Source: Candidatus Xenobia bacterium (GTDB lineage: Bacteria > Vulcanimicrobiota > Xenobia > Xenobiales > QWHO01). Taken from it: a stretch of 64,000 nucleotides of DNA. The number at the start of each line of letters is the position of its first letter. Within the stretch, counting starts at the first letter, position 1. The notes below the pieces were generated by a model. It did not search any database and had not been told where the DNA came from. It saw nothing but the letters and a program-made list of their open reading frames with translations. This document shows positions 29,480-39,021 of the stretch, piece after piece. Location of the stretch: assembly GCA_045863235.1 (NCBI GenBank), contig BTUM01000016.1, positions 32,001 to 96,000 of the forward strand, read 5' to 3'. Both the position numbers and the translations under genes were made by a program.

Positions 29480-30274
29480 ATGCGGTTCCTGAGCGCGCTG
29501 ATCGCGCTGACTCTGCTTTGCGGCTGCGCCTCCCCACCCCGAGCCTCCTCCGGGCCGGCCCAGCGCATCATCAGCCTGGTGCCCAGCCTGACCGAGGTCC
29601 TGTTTTCGCTGGGTGCCGGACCGCGCGTGGTCGGCGTGACGGCCAACGACCACTATCCCCCCGAGGTGGAGGAACTGCCCCGGGTGGGCGACATGGCCCC
29701 CGACTACGAGCGCATCCTGGCCCTGCAACCCGATCTGGTGGTGGCCGACCCGGGCATGCAGCCGCGTGAGATCACCCGCCTGCGCGAGCTCGGGCTGCCG
29801 GTCCTGAGCCTGCCCTCCCAGAGCCTGCAGGGTCTGCAGCGAGCCCTCGTCGAGTTGGGCAAGGCCACCGGCACCGAGGCCCGCAGCCGGGAGCTGCAGA
29901 GCCAGCTGGCAGGCCTGAAACCGCCCACCGGACCGGGAGTGCGAGTTTTCGTGGAAATCTGGGACAAACCGCTCATGACCACGGGGGGCGGCACGTTCGT
30001 GGACGAGCTGATTACCCTGGCCGGAGGTCGCAACGTCTACGCCGACCGCAAGCAGTACCCCAGCATCAGCGTGGAAGACCTGCTGCTACGCCAGCCCGAG
30101 GTGATCGTGCTGACAGTGAGCCGGGTGGAGGAGGCCCGCTCCCGCCCCGGCTGGGATCGCCTGGCCGCCGTGCAGAGCGGACGGGTGTACCGCATGGAGT
30201 CAGACCTCCTGGTGCGGCCCACCCTGCGGCTCCCACGAGCTGTGGAGCAGTTGGAAGGCTTTCTGAGACCATGA
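29480..30274 (+). CDS. btuF: Cobalamin ABC transporter substrate-binding lipoprotein
   Basis: Lipobox LLCGC; RIISLVPSLTEVLFSLG, ERILALQPDLV; behind B12 riboswitch. Confidence 0.85.
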   Translation: MRFLSALIALTLLCGCASPPRASSGPAQRIISLVPSLTEVLFSLGAGPRVVGVTANDHYPPEVEELPRVGDMAPDYERILALQPDLVVADPGMQPREITRLRELGLPVLSLPSQSLQGLQRALVELGKATGTEARSRELQSQLAGLKPPTGPGVRVFVEIWDKPLMTTGGGTFVDELITLAGGRNVYADRKQYPSISVEDLLLRQPEVIVLTVSRVEEARSRPGWDRLAAVQSGRVYRMESDLLVRPTLRLPRAVEQLEGFLRP

Positions 30275-31227
30275 TCGCCCGCCTGGGGGGCGTGATGCTG
30301 GCTGGATTGCTGGGGCTGGCCGTCTGCCTGGTACTGGCCGTCTCGCTGGGCAGCGTAAGCATCAACCTGCTCGACCTCAACGACGTGAGCCGGGCCATCC
30401 TGCGCGACATCCGCCTGCCGCGAGCGCTGCTGGGAGCCTGCGTGGGCGCCTGCCTGGCCAGCGCCGGGGTGGCCTTCCAGGCTCTCTTGCGCAACCCGCT
30501 GGCCGACCCCTACGTGGTGGGCGCCAGCTCGGGGGCGGCCCTGGGGGCGGCCCTGGCCATCCTGCTGGGACTCACCGCCGTGCTGCCCCTGGCCGCCTTC
30601 GCCGGGGCCGTGGGAGCCATGCTGTTCATCGTGCGCCTGGCCCGTATCGGAGGCGCCCTGCCGGTGGACACGTTCCTGCTGGCGGGCGTGGTGGTGGGAT
30701 CGTTCCTCTGGTCGCTGGTGAGCTTCATGCTCACCATGGCCCGCCAGGACATGGCCCGCATCGTGTTCTGGCTCATGGGCAGCCTGGCCGATGCGCGCTG
30801 GAGCCAGCTGCCGCTCATCCTCCCCTACCTGGTTCTGGGCCTGGGCGGGCTCTACTATGCGGCCCTGAGCCTGAACCTGCTGACCCTGGGCGAGGAGGCG
30901 GCCATCCCCCTCGGGCTGCCGGCCGAGCGCGCCAAGCTGTGGGTCTTGCTGGCGGCCACCCTGCTGACCGCGGCGGCCGTCTCGGTGAGCGGGCTGATCG
31001 GTTTTCTGGGTCTGATCGTGCCCCATCTTTGTCGGGGCCTGGTCGGGCCCGACCATCGCCTGTTGCTGCCTGCGGCCGCCCTTGGGGGGGCCATGTTCCT
31101 GGTCTTGTGCGATACCCTGGCACGCAGCCTGCGCTCCGGCCTGGAGCTGCCGGTGGGCGTGATCACCGCCCTGTTGGGGGCGCCATTCTTCTTCTGGCTG
31201 CTCTACAGCCGCCGGAGGCTTACGTGA
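30271..31227 (+). CDS. btuC: FecCD/BtuC-family permease
   Basis: IRLPR, QALLRNPLADP, GLIGFLGLIVPH, LPVGVITALLGAPFF. Confidence 0.88.
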   Translation: MIARLGGVMLAGLLGLAVCLVLAVSLGSVSINLLDLNDVSRAILRDIRLPRALLGACVGACLASAGVAFQALLRNPLADPYVVGASSGAALGAALAILLGLTAVLPLAAFAGAVGAMLFIVRLARIGGALPVDTFLLAGVVVGSFLWSLVSFMLTMARQDMARIVFWLMGSLADARWSQLPLILPYLVLGLGGLYYAALSLNLLTLGEEAAIPLGLPAERAKLWVLLAATLLTAAAVSVSGLIGFLGLIVPHLCRGLVGPDHRLLLPAAALGGAMFLVLCDTLARSLRSGLELPVGVITALLGAPFFFWLLYSRRRLT

Positions 31228-32015
31228 GCCTGCGCGGCTCGGACCTGACCTGCAGCTACGGCTCCACCCTGGCCCTGAACAAGGTGTCCTTGCAGCTCGA
31301 GCCGGGCGAGCTGGTGGGAATTCTGGGGCCCAACGGCTCGGGCAAGTCCACCCTGCTCAAGGTGCTGGCCGGGGTGCTGCTCCCTGCCAGCGGACAGGTG
31401 CTGCTGGAGGAGCGGCCCCTGAGCGATTACCGGCGCCGCGAGCTGGCCTGCCGGCTGGCCTACGTCCCTCAGCAGGTGGAGCTGCCCTTTCCCTTTCGCT
31501 GCCGTGAGCTGGTCATGATGGGGCGCTACGCCCGCATGCGCGGCCCGGGACTGCAGGAGGGCGCCCACCTGGAGGCGGTGCGGCAAGCCATGCGGGCAAC
31601 CGGGGTGGAAGCGCTGGCCGAGCGACGCTTCGGCGAGCTTTCGGGGGGAGAGGCCCAGCGCGTGCGCATCGCCCAGGCCCTGGCCCAGGAGGGCCAGACG
31701 ATGCTGCTCGACGAGCCCACCTCCCACCTGGACGTGGCCTTCCAGCTAGAGCTGATGGGACTGCTGTCCTCCCTGGCGGCCCGGGGACAGGCTCTGGCGG
31801 CTTCCCTGCACGACCTCAACCTGGCGGCTCTGTTCTGCCACAGGCTGGTGCTGCTGAAGGCCGGCCAGGTGGTAGCTTCCGGCGTCCCGGCCGAGGTCCT
31901 TACGGTGGAGAGGCTCGAGCAGGCCTTTGGGGTGCGGTTGGAGGTGCAGCCCGGTCCCCCGGTCCGGGTCTTCGCCAGGAATCCGGAGCCGGTTGGGGAA
32001 ACGCCGGCGCTATGA
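31224..32015 (+). CDS. btuD: ABC transporter ATP-binding protein (BtuD/FepC-like)
   Basis: GPNGSGKS, LSGGE, LLDEPTSHLD, HDLNLA; GTG start in GTGA overlap. Confidence 0.85.
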   Translation: MSLRGSDLTCSYGSTLALNKVSLQLEPGELVGILGPNGSGKSTLLKVLAGVLLPASGQVLLEERPLSDYRRRELACRLAYVPQQVELPFPFRCRELVMMGRYARMRGPGLQEGAHLEAVRQAMRATGVEALAERRFGELSGGEAQRVRIAQALAQEGQTMLLDEPTSHLDVAFQLELMGLLSSLAARGQALAASLHDLNLAALFCHRLVLLKAGQVVASGVPAEVLTVERLEQAFGVRLEVQPGPPVRVFARNPEPVGETPAL

Positions 32016-33241
32016 AAATGACTCGCTATGCCCAGATGCTCTTGCTGCTCCTGCTGACCGCCTTCGTGGTGGCCTGCGGCGACGGCGGCAACAATAACGC
32101 CAACAACAACGACGACGACGTTCCCGAACCGGTCAACTTCTCCACTATCCAGGTGAATTTCGCCCTGGCGCGGGCCGTACCGGCCAACGTGACCTCGTTT
32201 CGCTTCAGCGGCCGCAACTCCGTGGGCACATTGATCTTTGGACCTGAGAACCGGGCCAAGGCCAGCACCATCATCCTGACCGTCCCGGTGGAGATGACCA
32301 ACCTCCAGATCGAGTATCTCGCCGGCGATACCGTGGTCGGCACCTACGGCCAGGCCGTGGTGCTGACCCAGGGCCTGACGGTGTTCATCGAGGATCCCAA
32401 CTTTGCGGACGTGGGCAGCGGCAACGACCAGAACCCCGGCAACCAGAGCGCGCTGCAGCGTCTCAACCAGTTGCGCTCGATCGCCGGGGTGGGCGCCGTG
32501 ACCGAGAGCGGCACCCTGAGCGAGGGCTGCGGCAACCACGCCATTTACATGGTCAAGAACAACGAGATCACCCACACCGAAGATCCCGCCAAGCAGGCCT
32601 TCACCCAGTCGGGCGCGGAGGCGGCCCAGCAGAGCAACCTGTCGGTGACCACTCAGTTCCAGCGGCCCGTCAACGAGATGATCGACGAGCTGATGGTGGC
32701 TCCGTTCCACGGGCTCGGTTTCATCGACCCGCGCCTGACCCAGACCGGCATCGGCTACTACACCGAGTCGCGCGGAACGAACGAAATTCAGAGCGCCCTG
32801 GCGGTCAACATCCTGGCCGCTCTGAACGGCAGCGGGACCTATCCGGTGATCTGGCCCAATAACGGCCAGAGCGTGAACCTGCGTCAGTTCAACGGCAACG
32901 AGTCACCCGACCCGCTGACCAGCCTGCCGGGATTCACCGCTCCCACCGGGCTCCCTATCTACGTGTTGCTCGGCACGGGCGGCATCACGCCGAACGTGAC
33001 CGACTTCTCGGTGGTGGAAGCGGGCACCGGCCCGCTCGAGGTGGGCGAGATCGACGAGACCAACTACGTCAACCCGAACGGCCAGGTGCAGAACCTGGGA
33101 CGGGCCATCCTGAACGCGCGCGACGCGGTGATCCTGATCCCGAAGAGCCCGCTGGTGGGTGGCAAGACCTACAACTGCTCGCTGACGGTCAATGGCGTGA
33201 ACCTGATCTGGAGCTTCTCGGTCAGCTCGAACGCTCCGTAG
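32012..33241 (+). CDS. Lipoprotein with CAP/SCP domain and Ig-like flanks
   Basis: Lipobox VVAC, Asn/Asp linker, LNQLR..AG, H..YM, PFH...IDP.....GIG. Confidence 0.8.
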   Translation: MKMTRYAQMLLLLLLTAFVVACGDGGNNNANNNDDDVPEPVNFSTIQVNFALARAVPANVTSFRFSGRNSVGTLIFGPENRAKASTIILTVPVEMTNLQIEYLAGDTVVGTYGQAVVLTQGLTVFIEDPNFADVGSGNDQNPGNQSALQRLNQLRSIAGVGAVTESGTLSEGCGNHAIYMVKNNEITHTEDPAKQAFTQSGAEAAQQSNLSVTTQFQRPVNEMIDELMVAPFHGLGFIDPRLTQTGIGYYTESRGTNEIQSALAVNILAALNGSGTYPVIWPNNGQSVNLRQFNGNESPDPLTSLPGFTAPTGLPIYVLLGTGGITPNVTDFSVVEAGTGPLEVGEIDETNYVNPNGQVQNLGRAILNARDAVILIPKSPLVGGKTYNCSLTVNGVNLIWSFSVSSNAP

Positions 33242-33260
33242 GGAGGAGCTGAGACGGGCT

Positions 33261-33298
33261 GAGCACCCGGTGCGCCAGCGCGCCGGGTGCTCTTTTTT
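33261..33298 (+). terminator. Intrinsic terminator
   Basis: GAGCACCCGGTGCGC/GCGCGCCGGGTGCTC stem followed by T6. Confidence 0.85.
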
Positions 33299-33309
33299 CC
33301 CGCCCTGAA

Positions 33310-33756
33310 CTACGACTTGTCGCCCTCATGAGCCAGCAGCCAGCGCTTGATCTCCAGGCCCCCGGCGTAGCCGGTGAGTTGGCCGTCGCTGCCGATGACC
33401 CGATGGCAGGGCACCACGATGGCCAGCGGATTGCGAGCGTTGGCCGCGCCCACGGCCCGCACCGCGCGCGGTCGGCCGATCCGCTGGGCCACCTCGGCGT
33501 AGCTGGCGGTCTGGCCGAATGGGATCCTGATCAGAGCGCTCCAGACCTCCATTTGAAAGGGAGTCCCGCTTGCCCCAAGCGGGAGGTCGAAGGTCCGCCG
33601 GCTTCCGGCAAAGTACTCCTCGAGCTGGCGACGCGCTTCGTGCAGCACCGGTTCGCCGGATTTTCCGTCCGAGGACTCGCCGAACAGGATCTCCACCAGC
33701 CGGTTGTGCCGAGCGGTCAGGGTCAGCGGCCCGAGCGGGCTCTCCATGGTCAACAT
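33310..33756 (-). CDS. ogt: Methylated-DNA--protein-cysteine methyltransferase
   Basis: GTPFQ, RAVG.AN..NP..IVVPCHRVIG. Confidence 0.95.
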   Translation of the reverse strand: MLTMESPLGPLTLTARHNRLVEILFGESSDGKSGEPVLHEARRQLEEYFAGSRRTFDLPLGASGTPFQMEVWSALIRIPFGQTASYAEVAQRIGRPRAVRAVGAANARNPLAIVVPCHRVIGSDGQLTGYAGGLEIKRWLLAHEGDKS

Positions 33757-35111
33757 CAGGGCAAGGTTCCTTTCGTCCAGAGATGCATGACAGCGTAGGC
33801 CCGCCAGGGGCGCCAGCGCTCGGCCAGCTCGAGGGCTTTCGGGCCCAGCAGCTTGCGAACGCCCAGGTCGGCCTGAGGAAACGCGTCCGGCCAGTGGAGG
33901 GCTCGCAGGGCCACGTAATGCGAGGTCCAGGGCCCAATTCCGGGAAGGCTCTCCAGCTTGCTCAGCGTTTCCTGGAGCGGCTGACTGCCGTCGAGGCGCA
34001 GCTCGCCTGCAGCCACCTGGCCGGCCAGGCCCACCAGACTGCGGGCCCGCGCCGTGGGCAGACCCAAGGAGGCGAGCTCCTCGGGGTCTTCGCCGGCCAG
34101 CGACTCCGGGCTGGGGAAGAAGCCTCCGTAGCGGGCCACCAGGCGCCCCGCCAGCGTAGTGGCGGCGCGCACGCTGACCTGCTGGCCCAACACGGCCCGC
34201 AGCGCCATTTCGAACGGGTCGAATGCCCCCGGCACGCGCAGTCCGGCATCATAGCCCGGCCCCAGCACCAGCGCAATCTCGGCCGGATGGGCGTCCAGGT
34301 CGAAGAGGTGGCGCAAGCGGGCGCGCAAGCTCAGCGTCTGACGGGCCATGGCAAGCGGCAGGCGAGCCACCAGTGCGGGCTTGCCGGGGTGGTGACGGAC
34401 CAGGATCTCACCCTGCGGGGTCAGACGGCGAACCTCATGCTCGCTCACCGACTCCAGGCCGGGCACGGCCCGGGCGCGCAGAAACGCGAGCATCCCGGCC
34501 CAATCATAAGGTGGACGGTAGTCCAAGCGAAGGCTCAGTCCGCTGGTCGGCCCGCATTCTCGGCGCAGCGAGGAAGGGGGCCGACCGAATTGCTCCTGGA
34601 ACAACGCATTGAAGCGGCGCAGGCTGCCGAACCCGCAGGCGAACGCGACCTCGGTCAGGCTCAGCTCGGAGTCGCGCAGCAACTGGCGGGCCATCGCCAG
34701 ACGCCGGGTCTGGGCCAGGCCCACCGGCGAAACACCCAGCTCGCTCTGCACCGAGCGGCGCAGATGGCGTGCGCTCACACCGAGCCTTCCAGCCAGATCT
34801 TCCAGGGACGCCTCATTCAGGAACCCTTCGTCGATCAGCTTCACGGCCGACCGCACCAGGCGCGAGACCGAGTCCACCGGCGCGTGCCCGGGCGCCAGCT
34901 CAGGGCGGCAACGCAGGCAAGCCCGGTAGCCGGCCCGCTCAGCCTGGGCCGCGCTGGCATAAAACGCGCAGCTCTGGCGGGCCGGGCGACGGGCGGGGCA
35001 GATGGGGCGACAGTAGATCCGGGTGCTGGACACGGCCACGAAGAACTGCCCGTCGAATCGGGGGTCTCGAGCCGACAGAGCCCGGTAGCAAGTCTCGTCA
35101 TCCAGCGTCAC
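33756..35111 (-). CDS. alkA: Ada metal-binding/AraC plus AlkA glycosylase fusion
   Basis: IYCRPIC, RACLRCRP, AraC HTH, AVLGQQVS, LPGIGPWT, DAFP..D. Confidence 0.92.
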   Translation of the reverse strand: MTLDDETCYRALSARDPRFDGQFFVAVSSTRIYCRPICPARRPARQSCAFYASAAQAERAGYRACLRCRPELAPGHAPVDSVSRLVRSAVKLIDEGFLNEASLEDLAGRLGVSARHLRRSVQSELGVSPVGLAQTRRLAMARQLLRDSELSLTEVAFACGFGSLRRFNALFQEQFGRPPSSLRRECGPTSGLSLRLDYRPPYDWAGMLAFLRARAVPGLESVSEHEVRRLTPQGEILVRHHPGKPALVARLPLAMARQTLSLRARLRHLFDLDAHPAEIALVLGPGYDAGLRVPGAFDPFEMALRAVLGQQVSVRAATTLAGRLVARYGGFFPSPESLAGEDPEELASLGLPTARARSLVGLAGQVAAGELRLDGSQPLQETLSKLESLPGIGPWTSHYVALRALHWPDAFPQADLGVRKLLGPKALELAERWRPWRAYAVMHLWTKGTLP

Positions 35112-35241
35112 CAGGCCACTCTAGCACGACCGTGGGAGGGGTGTCTCGCCGTTTTCGGACCTGACAAGAGCTGAGGCGGTGCAGAAGGCTCTGCTCGTTC
35201 ATCGAATGGCAAATTTCGGGCAATCTCGCAGCAAGGAACCG

Positions 35242-35279
35242 GCAACAATCCATTAACCGAGTTCTGCCAAGCTGATCCT
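35242..35279 (+). promoter_or_regulatory. Putative leaderless promoter with 11-bp-period repeat
   Basis: GCAAC-N6-TTAAC, 10 nt, CAAGCT, 6 nt, ATG. Confidence 0.4.
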
Positions 35280-36131
35280 ATGAAGCTCTACCAACCTCTC
35301 CACCTCTATCTACGGAACCTGCGCACCCGGGCCGGGCTGAGTCAGCTTCAGCTGGCCATCCTCTCGAGCGTGGATGCAAGGCGGGTCTGCGATTACGAGC
35401 AGGGCTTGCGCAAACCATCCCCGGCTCACCTCGAGCTCATGGCTCCGCATCTTAAGACAGACTTTCCGGCGCTGCTGCTCCACCCCGACCTCTGGCGCAG
35501 CCGCTCCACTCGGGACAAATGGTTCCAGGACAAGCATCATTTCTGGCCTGATATCGAGCGGTTCGGCCACGAGCGATTGAGGTCCGCCGTGGCTGCCTTT
35601 GGCCCGGGGATCAGGCGGCTCGTCGACAGTTGCTCGGAATCTGGCAAAGCGTTCCTGACCCTGACCCCGAGCGACTCCAGCCCGGAATGGACGTTCCAGT
35701 TGAAGCATATCGTGGGGGGAACCGAGCCATCTCTCGCCTCGCCGCTCGGGATCCAATTCCGTCGCCACTTCGTGACCCACCCGAAGGAGTATCGCTATGT
35801 GGGCGACTGCTCGGTGCCCTGCCTGATCGGAGCTTGCGCCAACGTGCGCTACATTCTGATCCCCAAAGTGAGCGTGCGCACCTTCGACCATCCCGACTTT
35901 CCCATCACGATGGATTTTCTTTGCGGTGTCCGCGAGCCCCGTCAGCCCATTCACCACCTGAACGTGGAGGTGGACGGCACAGGCCACGATCCTCGTTGGG
36001 ATGCCAGGCGCCAGAAGGCCCTCGCGATGCACACCGTGCGGTTCACGCAGGAGGACATCGGGAGAGCGGACTTCCTGGACCTGTTCCACGGCCGGATCAT
36101 CCCGTATGCCAATCTCTCGCGAGCAGCCTGA
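35280..36131 (+). CDS. XRE-family HTH fused to Vsr/DUF559-like endonuclease domain
   Basis: LRNLRTRAGLSQLQLA...YEQGLRKPS; MDFL...VEVDGTGH....D.RR...L...VRF. Confidence 0.7.
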   Translation: MKLYQPLHLYLRNLRTRAGLSQLQLAILSSVDARRVCDYEQGLRKPSPAHLELMAPHLKTDFPALLLHPDLWRSRSTRDKWFQDKHHFWPDIERFGHERLRSAVAAFGPGIRRLVDSCSESGKAFLTLTPSDSSPEWTFQLKHIVGGTEPSLASPLGIQFRRHFVTHPKEYRYVGDCSVPCLIGACANVRYILIPKVSVRTFDHPDFPITMDFLCGVREPRQPIHHLNVEVDGTGHDPRWDARRQKALAMHTVRFTQEDIGRADFLDLFHGRIIPYANLSRAA

Positions 36132-36235
36132 CGATCCCAGATTTTCTGCGGATCCCCCGTCGGGGCGTGGGATATCCCACGCTCAGCATGGGGATCCACA
36201 CTCTGCCAGGGGATCCCACTTTGGGCCGGGATCCG
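36132..36235. repeat. Six (G)GATCC-core short repeats with ~19-nt period
   Basis: ATCC cores at 36134, 36152, 36174, 36194, 36213, 36231 with different intervening sequences. Confidence 0.65.
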
Positions 36236-36339
36236 GTCCGGAGGCCGGCCGCCTCCACAGAGAAAGGCTCACGAGCACGACCACCCCAAGCTGTTCACAA
36301 TCCGAGTTGCCACGAGAGAGACGCAGCAGGGGCGCGTGG

Positions 36340-36460
36340 CGCATCGGTCCCAGGCCCGAGACGCCCAACAACATCATCCTCCGCGACCGTCCGCACACCC
36401 TGTACCACGAGCTGACGCACAACCTGGATTCCGCGGAAGGACATTGGTACAATCGCTACT
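36340..36460 (+). pseudogene. Possible zincin metallopeptidase fragment
   Basis: Frame reads NNIILRDRPHTLYHELTHNLDSAEGHWY (HExxH) without a credible start or continuation. Confidence 0.3.
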
Positions 36461-36492
36461 GTACGCGTCGTGACAGCATGGTTGCCGGGTGC

Positions 36493-37488
36493 TCAGCAGC
36501 GAGCGCCAACCGCTCCCCGCGCTGGGCGCAACCGGACCATCACTCCGCCCACCTGCACCGCCTGGTCGCCCTCCACGATGCCGCTCCCGGTGCCCTCGAT
36601 GCTCCACTCGCGGACCTTCTGGGCCTCCTTGTCGGCCTCTCGGAAGAGCTCCAACTGCGGTTGCCAGCGGTCCAGGATCTCGAGCTGCTTGTCCTGGTCA
36701 TGGATGATGAGGACGGGCAGGATGGCCAGTCCGAGCGCCGCGATAGGGAACCCGATGGCCGGGTGGCCCGACCCCGCGATCAGCATCCCGATCCCGAAGG
36801 CCCAGGGCGACGCCGAGCCGATGCGACCGAGCAGCGCGTCGCGCTGCTTGATCTCGAGGCGCTTGCGCTCCAGGGTCTTGTCGTCGGGACCTTTGAGCCG
36901 CTTGAGGTCCTTCTTCAGGAGCTCGCGCGCCGGTGAGGCTTCGGGCTTGTGCTCCGACTCGAGCACGGTCCGAGTCGCGCGCAGCAGGCTGCGCAGCTGG
37001 CCGAGCGTGGCCTCACCACCCAGCGAGACCGTGGGCGACGCGACCGGGCTCCCGGTGGCCGGCGAGAAGCTCCTGGCGTCGAGCTCCTCCTGCAGGGCTT
37101 TGTCCGCCTCCAGAGCCATCTCCCGGTCCACCTGTTCGACGACGGACCAGAGGCCCACTCCCATGGAGCCTGCGAGACACCCGAAGGAGGCGAGAGTGCC
37201 CAGCACCCCGTTCGGCTCTCGCGAGATCAGGGTGACCAGCCCGGCCAGGAACGCTCCGCTCAAGAGGAGCTTGCCACCGAGCTTGTAGGTCGCCTTGCGG
37301 GCCTGGGAGCGGAGGTGTCGCTGCACGTCCTGCACCGTGTCGCCCGGGTTCTTCTCCAGCACGTCGATGCGCTGCTTCACCTGACGGTAGGCGATGTCGG
37401 TGGCCGGGTTGGACAGGTGCGGCTCCAGGCGGGTGGCCCGCTGGCGAAGGTCCTCCAGAAGGTGGGACTTGGCGACCTGCACATGCAT
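36493..37488 (-). CDS. Hypothetical membrane protein (two helical+TM-hairpin units) with conserved C-terminal GGV tail
   Basis: ATG 37488 behind TTCAG-repeat promoter; tail SGIVEGDQAVQVGGVMVRLR. Confidence 0.75.
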   Translation of the reverse strand: MHVQVAKSHLLEDLRQRATRLEPHLSNPATDIAYRQVKQRIDVLEKNPGDTVQDVQRHLRSQARKATYKLGGKLLLSGAFLAGLVTLISREPNGVLGTLASFGCLAGSMGVGLWSVVEQVDREMALEADKALQEELDARSFSPATGSPVASPTVSLGGEATLGQLRSLLRATRTVLESEHKPEASPARELLKKDLKRLKGPDDKTLERKRLEIKQRDALLGRIGSASPWAFGIGMLIAGSGHPAIGFPIAALGLAILPVLIIHDQDKQLEILDRWQPQLELFREADKEAQKVREWSIEGTGSGIVEGDQAVQVGGVMVRLRPARGAVGARC

Positions 37489-37528
37489 GGCGCCACAGTC
37501 TGCACTCCGAGGCTGAAAAAAACCTGAA
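37489..37528 (-). promoter_or_regulatory. TTCAG direct-repeat leaderless promoter
   Basis: TTCAG-GTTTTT-TTCAG, 10 nt, CAGACT, 8 nt, ATG. Confidence 0.7.
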
Positions 37529-37616
37529 ATGGCCTGCCCGCCCACGCCAGAGTCCGACCAGGATCGCGCGAGCGCTGAACAGGACTCCAGCTCCCGCTCC
37601 TCCAACCACCACCCTC

Positions 37617-38252
37617 ATGGAAGGTTACTACACCGAGCTTCTGGCCGCGTTCGTGCGGGGCAAGCTGGGCCTGGCAGGCGAAGCGGGCCTGGACGATCTC
37701 ATGCAGCAGGCCCGAGCCCACGAGCTGCGCACCCACAAGTTCAAACGCTCGGCCGCGCTGCCCCGAGTGCGCAAAGTGTTGGGTGTGCTGCAGCAGCTAC
37801 GACCGGCCAGCCTGCTCGACTTCGGCACCGGGCGCGGGGTGTTCTTGTGGCCGCTGCTCGACGAGTTGCCCGAGCTCGCGGTGACGTGCCTTGACCTGCG
37901 CCCGGACCGCATCGAAGACTTGCAGGCGGTGTCCAGGGGCGGCATCGGACGGTTGACCGCTCGACAGGCTGACCTCGCGCGGCCGCTCGACTTTCCCGAC
38001 CAGAGCTTCGACGTGGTGACGGCGCTGGAAGTGCTCGAGCACATGCCTGACCCTCTCCCGGCCGTGCGCGAGGCGGTCCGCGTTGCCCGCCAGGCCGTCA
38101 TCGTCAGCGTGCCCTCGCAAGAAGACGACAATCCCGAGCACTTGCGGCTGTACACGCAAGACTCCCTGCAGAAGCTGCTCTACCAGGGCGGGGCGAGCAA
38201 GGTGCGGGTGGAGTACGTGCTCAACCACATGGTGGCGGTGGCCCGTGCATAA
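37617..38252 (+). CDS. Class I SAM-dependent methyltransferase (Hen1-like motifs)
   Basis: LLDFGTGRG, FDVVTALEVLEH, SVPSQEDDNPEHLRLY. Confidence 0.85.
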   Translation: MEGYYTELLAAFVRGKLGLAGEAGLDDLMQQARAHELRTHKFKRSAALPRVRKVLGVLQQLRPASLLDFGTGRGVFLWPLLDELPELAVTCLDLRPDRIEDLQAVSRGGIGRLTARQADLARPLDFPDQSFDVVTALEVLEHMPDPLPAVREAVRVARQAVIVSVPSQEDDNPEHLRLYTQDSLQKLLYQGGASKVRVEYVLNHMVAVARA

Positions 38253-39021
38253 GTATCCCCGCACCCACCACCTGGAGGGCTCGCGCCGCCAGCCCGGGGA
38301 CGAAGAGCTCGAGGACGTGCCCTACACGGCCGTGAGCGGCCGCCACCTGGTGGTGGAGGAGAAGCTCGACGGCGCCAACTGTGCCCTCAGCTTCGAGCCC
38401 GATGGCGAGCTCTTGCTGCAGAGCCGGGGGCACTACCTGACCGGAGGAGGCCGAGAACGCCATTTCGCCCTGCTGAAGACCTGGGCTGCCTGCCACCAGG
38501 CCAGGCTGTTCGAGCGTCTGAGGCACCGCTACGTCGTCTACGGAGAGTGGCTCTACGCCAAGCACACCGTCTACTATGACCGCCTCCCCCACTACTTTCT
38601 CGAATTCGACGTGCTCGACACCGAGACGGGCGTCTTCCTCTCGACGCCGCGTCGGCGCGAGCTGCTTGAGGGGCTGCCCGTCGTGTCGGTGCCGGTGCTG
38701 CACGAGGGCCAGGCTCCCTCTCTGAAACAACTGATCGCGATGATCCGCCCCTCGCTCTACAAGTCGCCCGGCTGGCTCGAGAGCTTGAGCGAGCAGTGCG
38801 CCCAGCACGGGCTCGACCCCGAGCAAGCCGCTCAGGAGACCGATCCCGAAGACCTGAGCGAGGGGCTCTACCTCAAGGTCGAACAAGAGGGCCAGGTGCA
38901 GGCTCGCTACAAGCTGGTGCGGGCCAGCTTTCTCACCGCCGTGCTCGACTCGGGCAGCCACTGGCTGAGCCGGCCCATCCTGCCCAACCGCCTGGCCGAC
39001 GGGGTGGATCTCTATGCTTGA
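38245..39021 (+). CDS. ATP-dependent RNA ligase family protein
   Basis: KYPRTHHL, EEKLDGAN, YGEW, FLEFDV, EGLYLK, RYKLVR; GTG start overlapping MTase stop. Confidence 0.88.
   Translation: MHKYPRTHHLEGSRRQPGDEELEDVPYTAVSGRHLVVEEKLDGANCALSFEPDGELLLQSRGHYLTGGGRERHFALLKTWAACHQARLFERLRHRYVVYGEWLYAKHTVYYDRLPHYFLEFDVLDTETGVFLSTPRRRELLEGLPVVSVPVLHEGQAPSLKQLIAMIRPSLYKSPGWLESLSEQCAQHGLDPEQAAQETDPEDLSEGLYLKVEQEGQVQARYKLVRASFLTAVLDSGSHWLSRPILPNRLADGVDLYA

Noticed and set aside
36132..36235. CRISPR or TIGR array
   Set aside because: Conserved core only ~6-8 nt, period ~19 nt, no cas or Nop-domain gene; kept only as an unexplained mini-array
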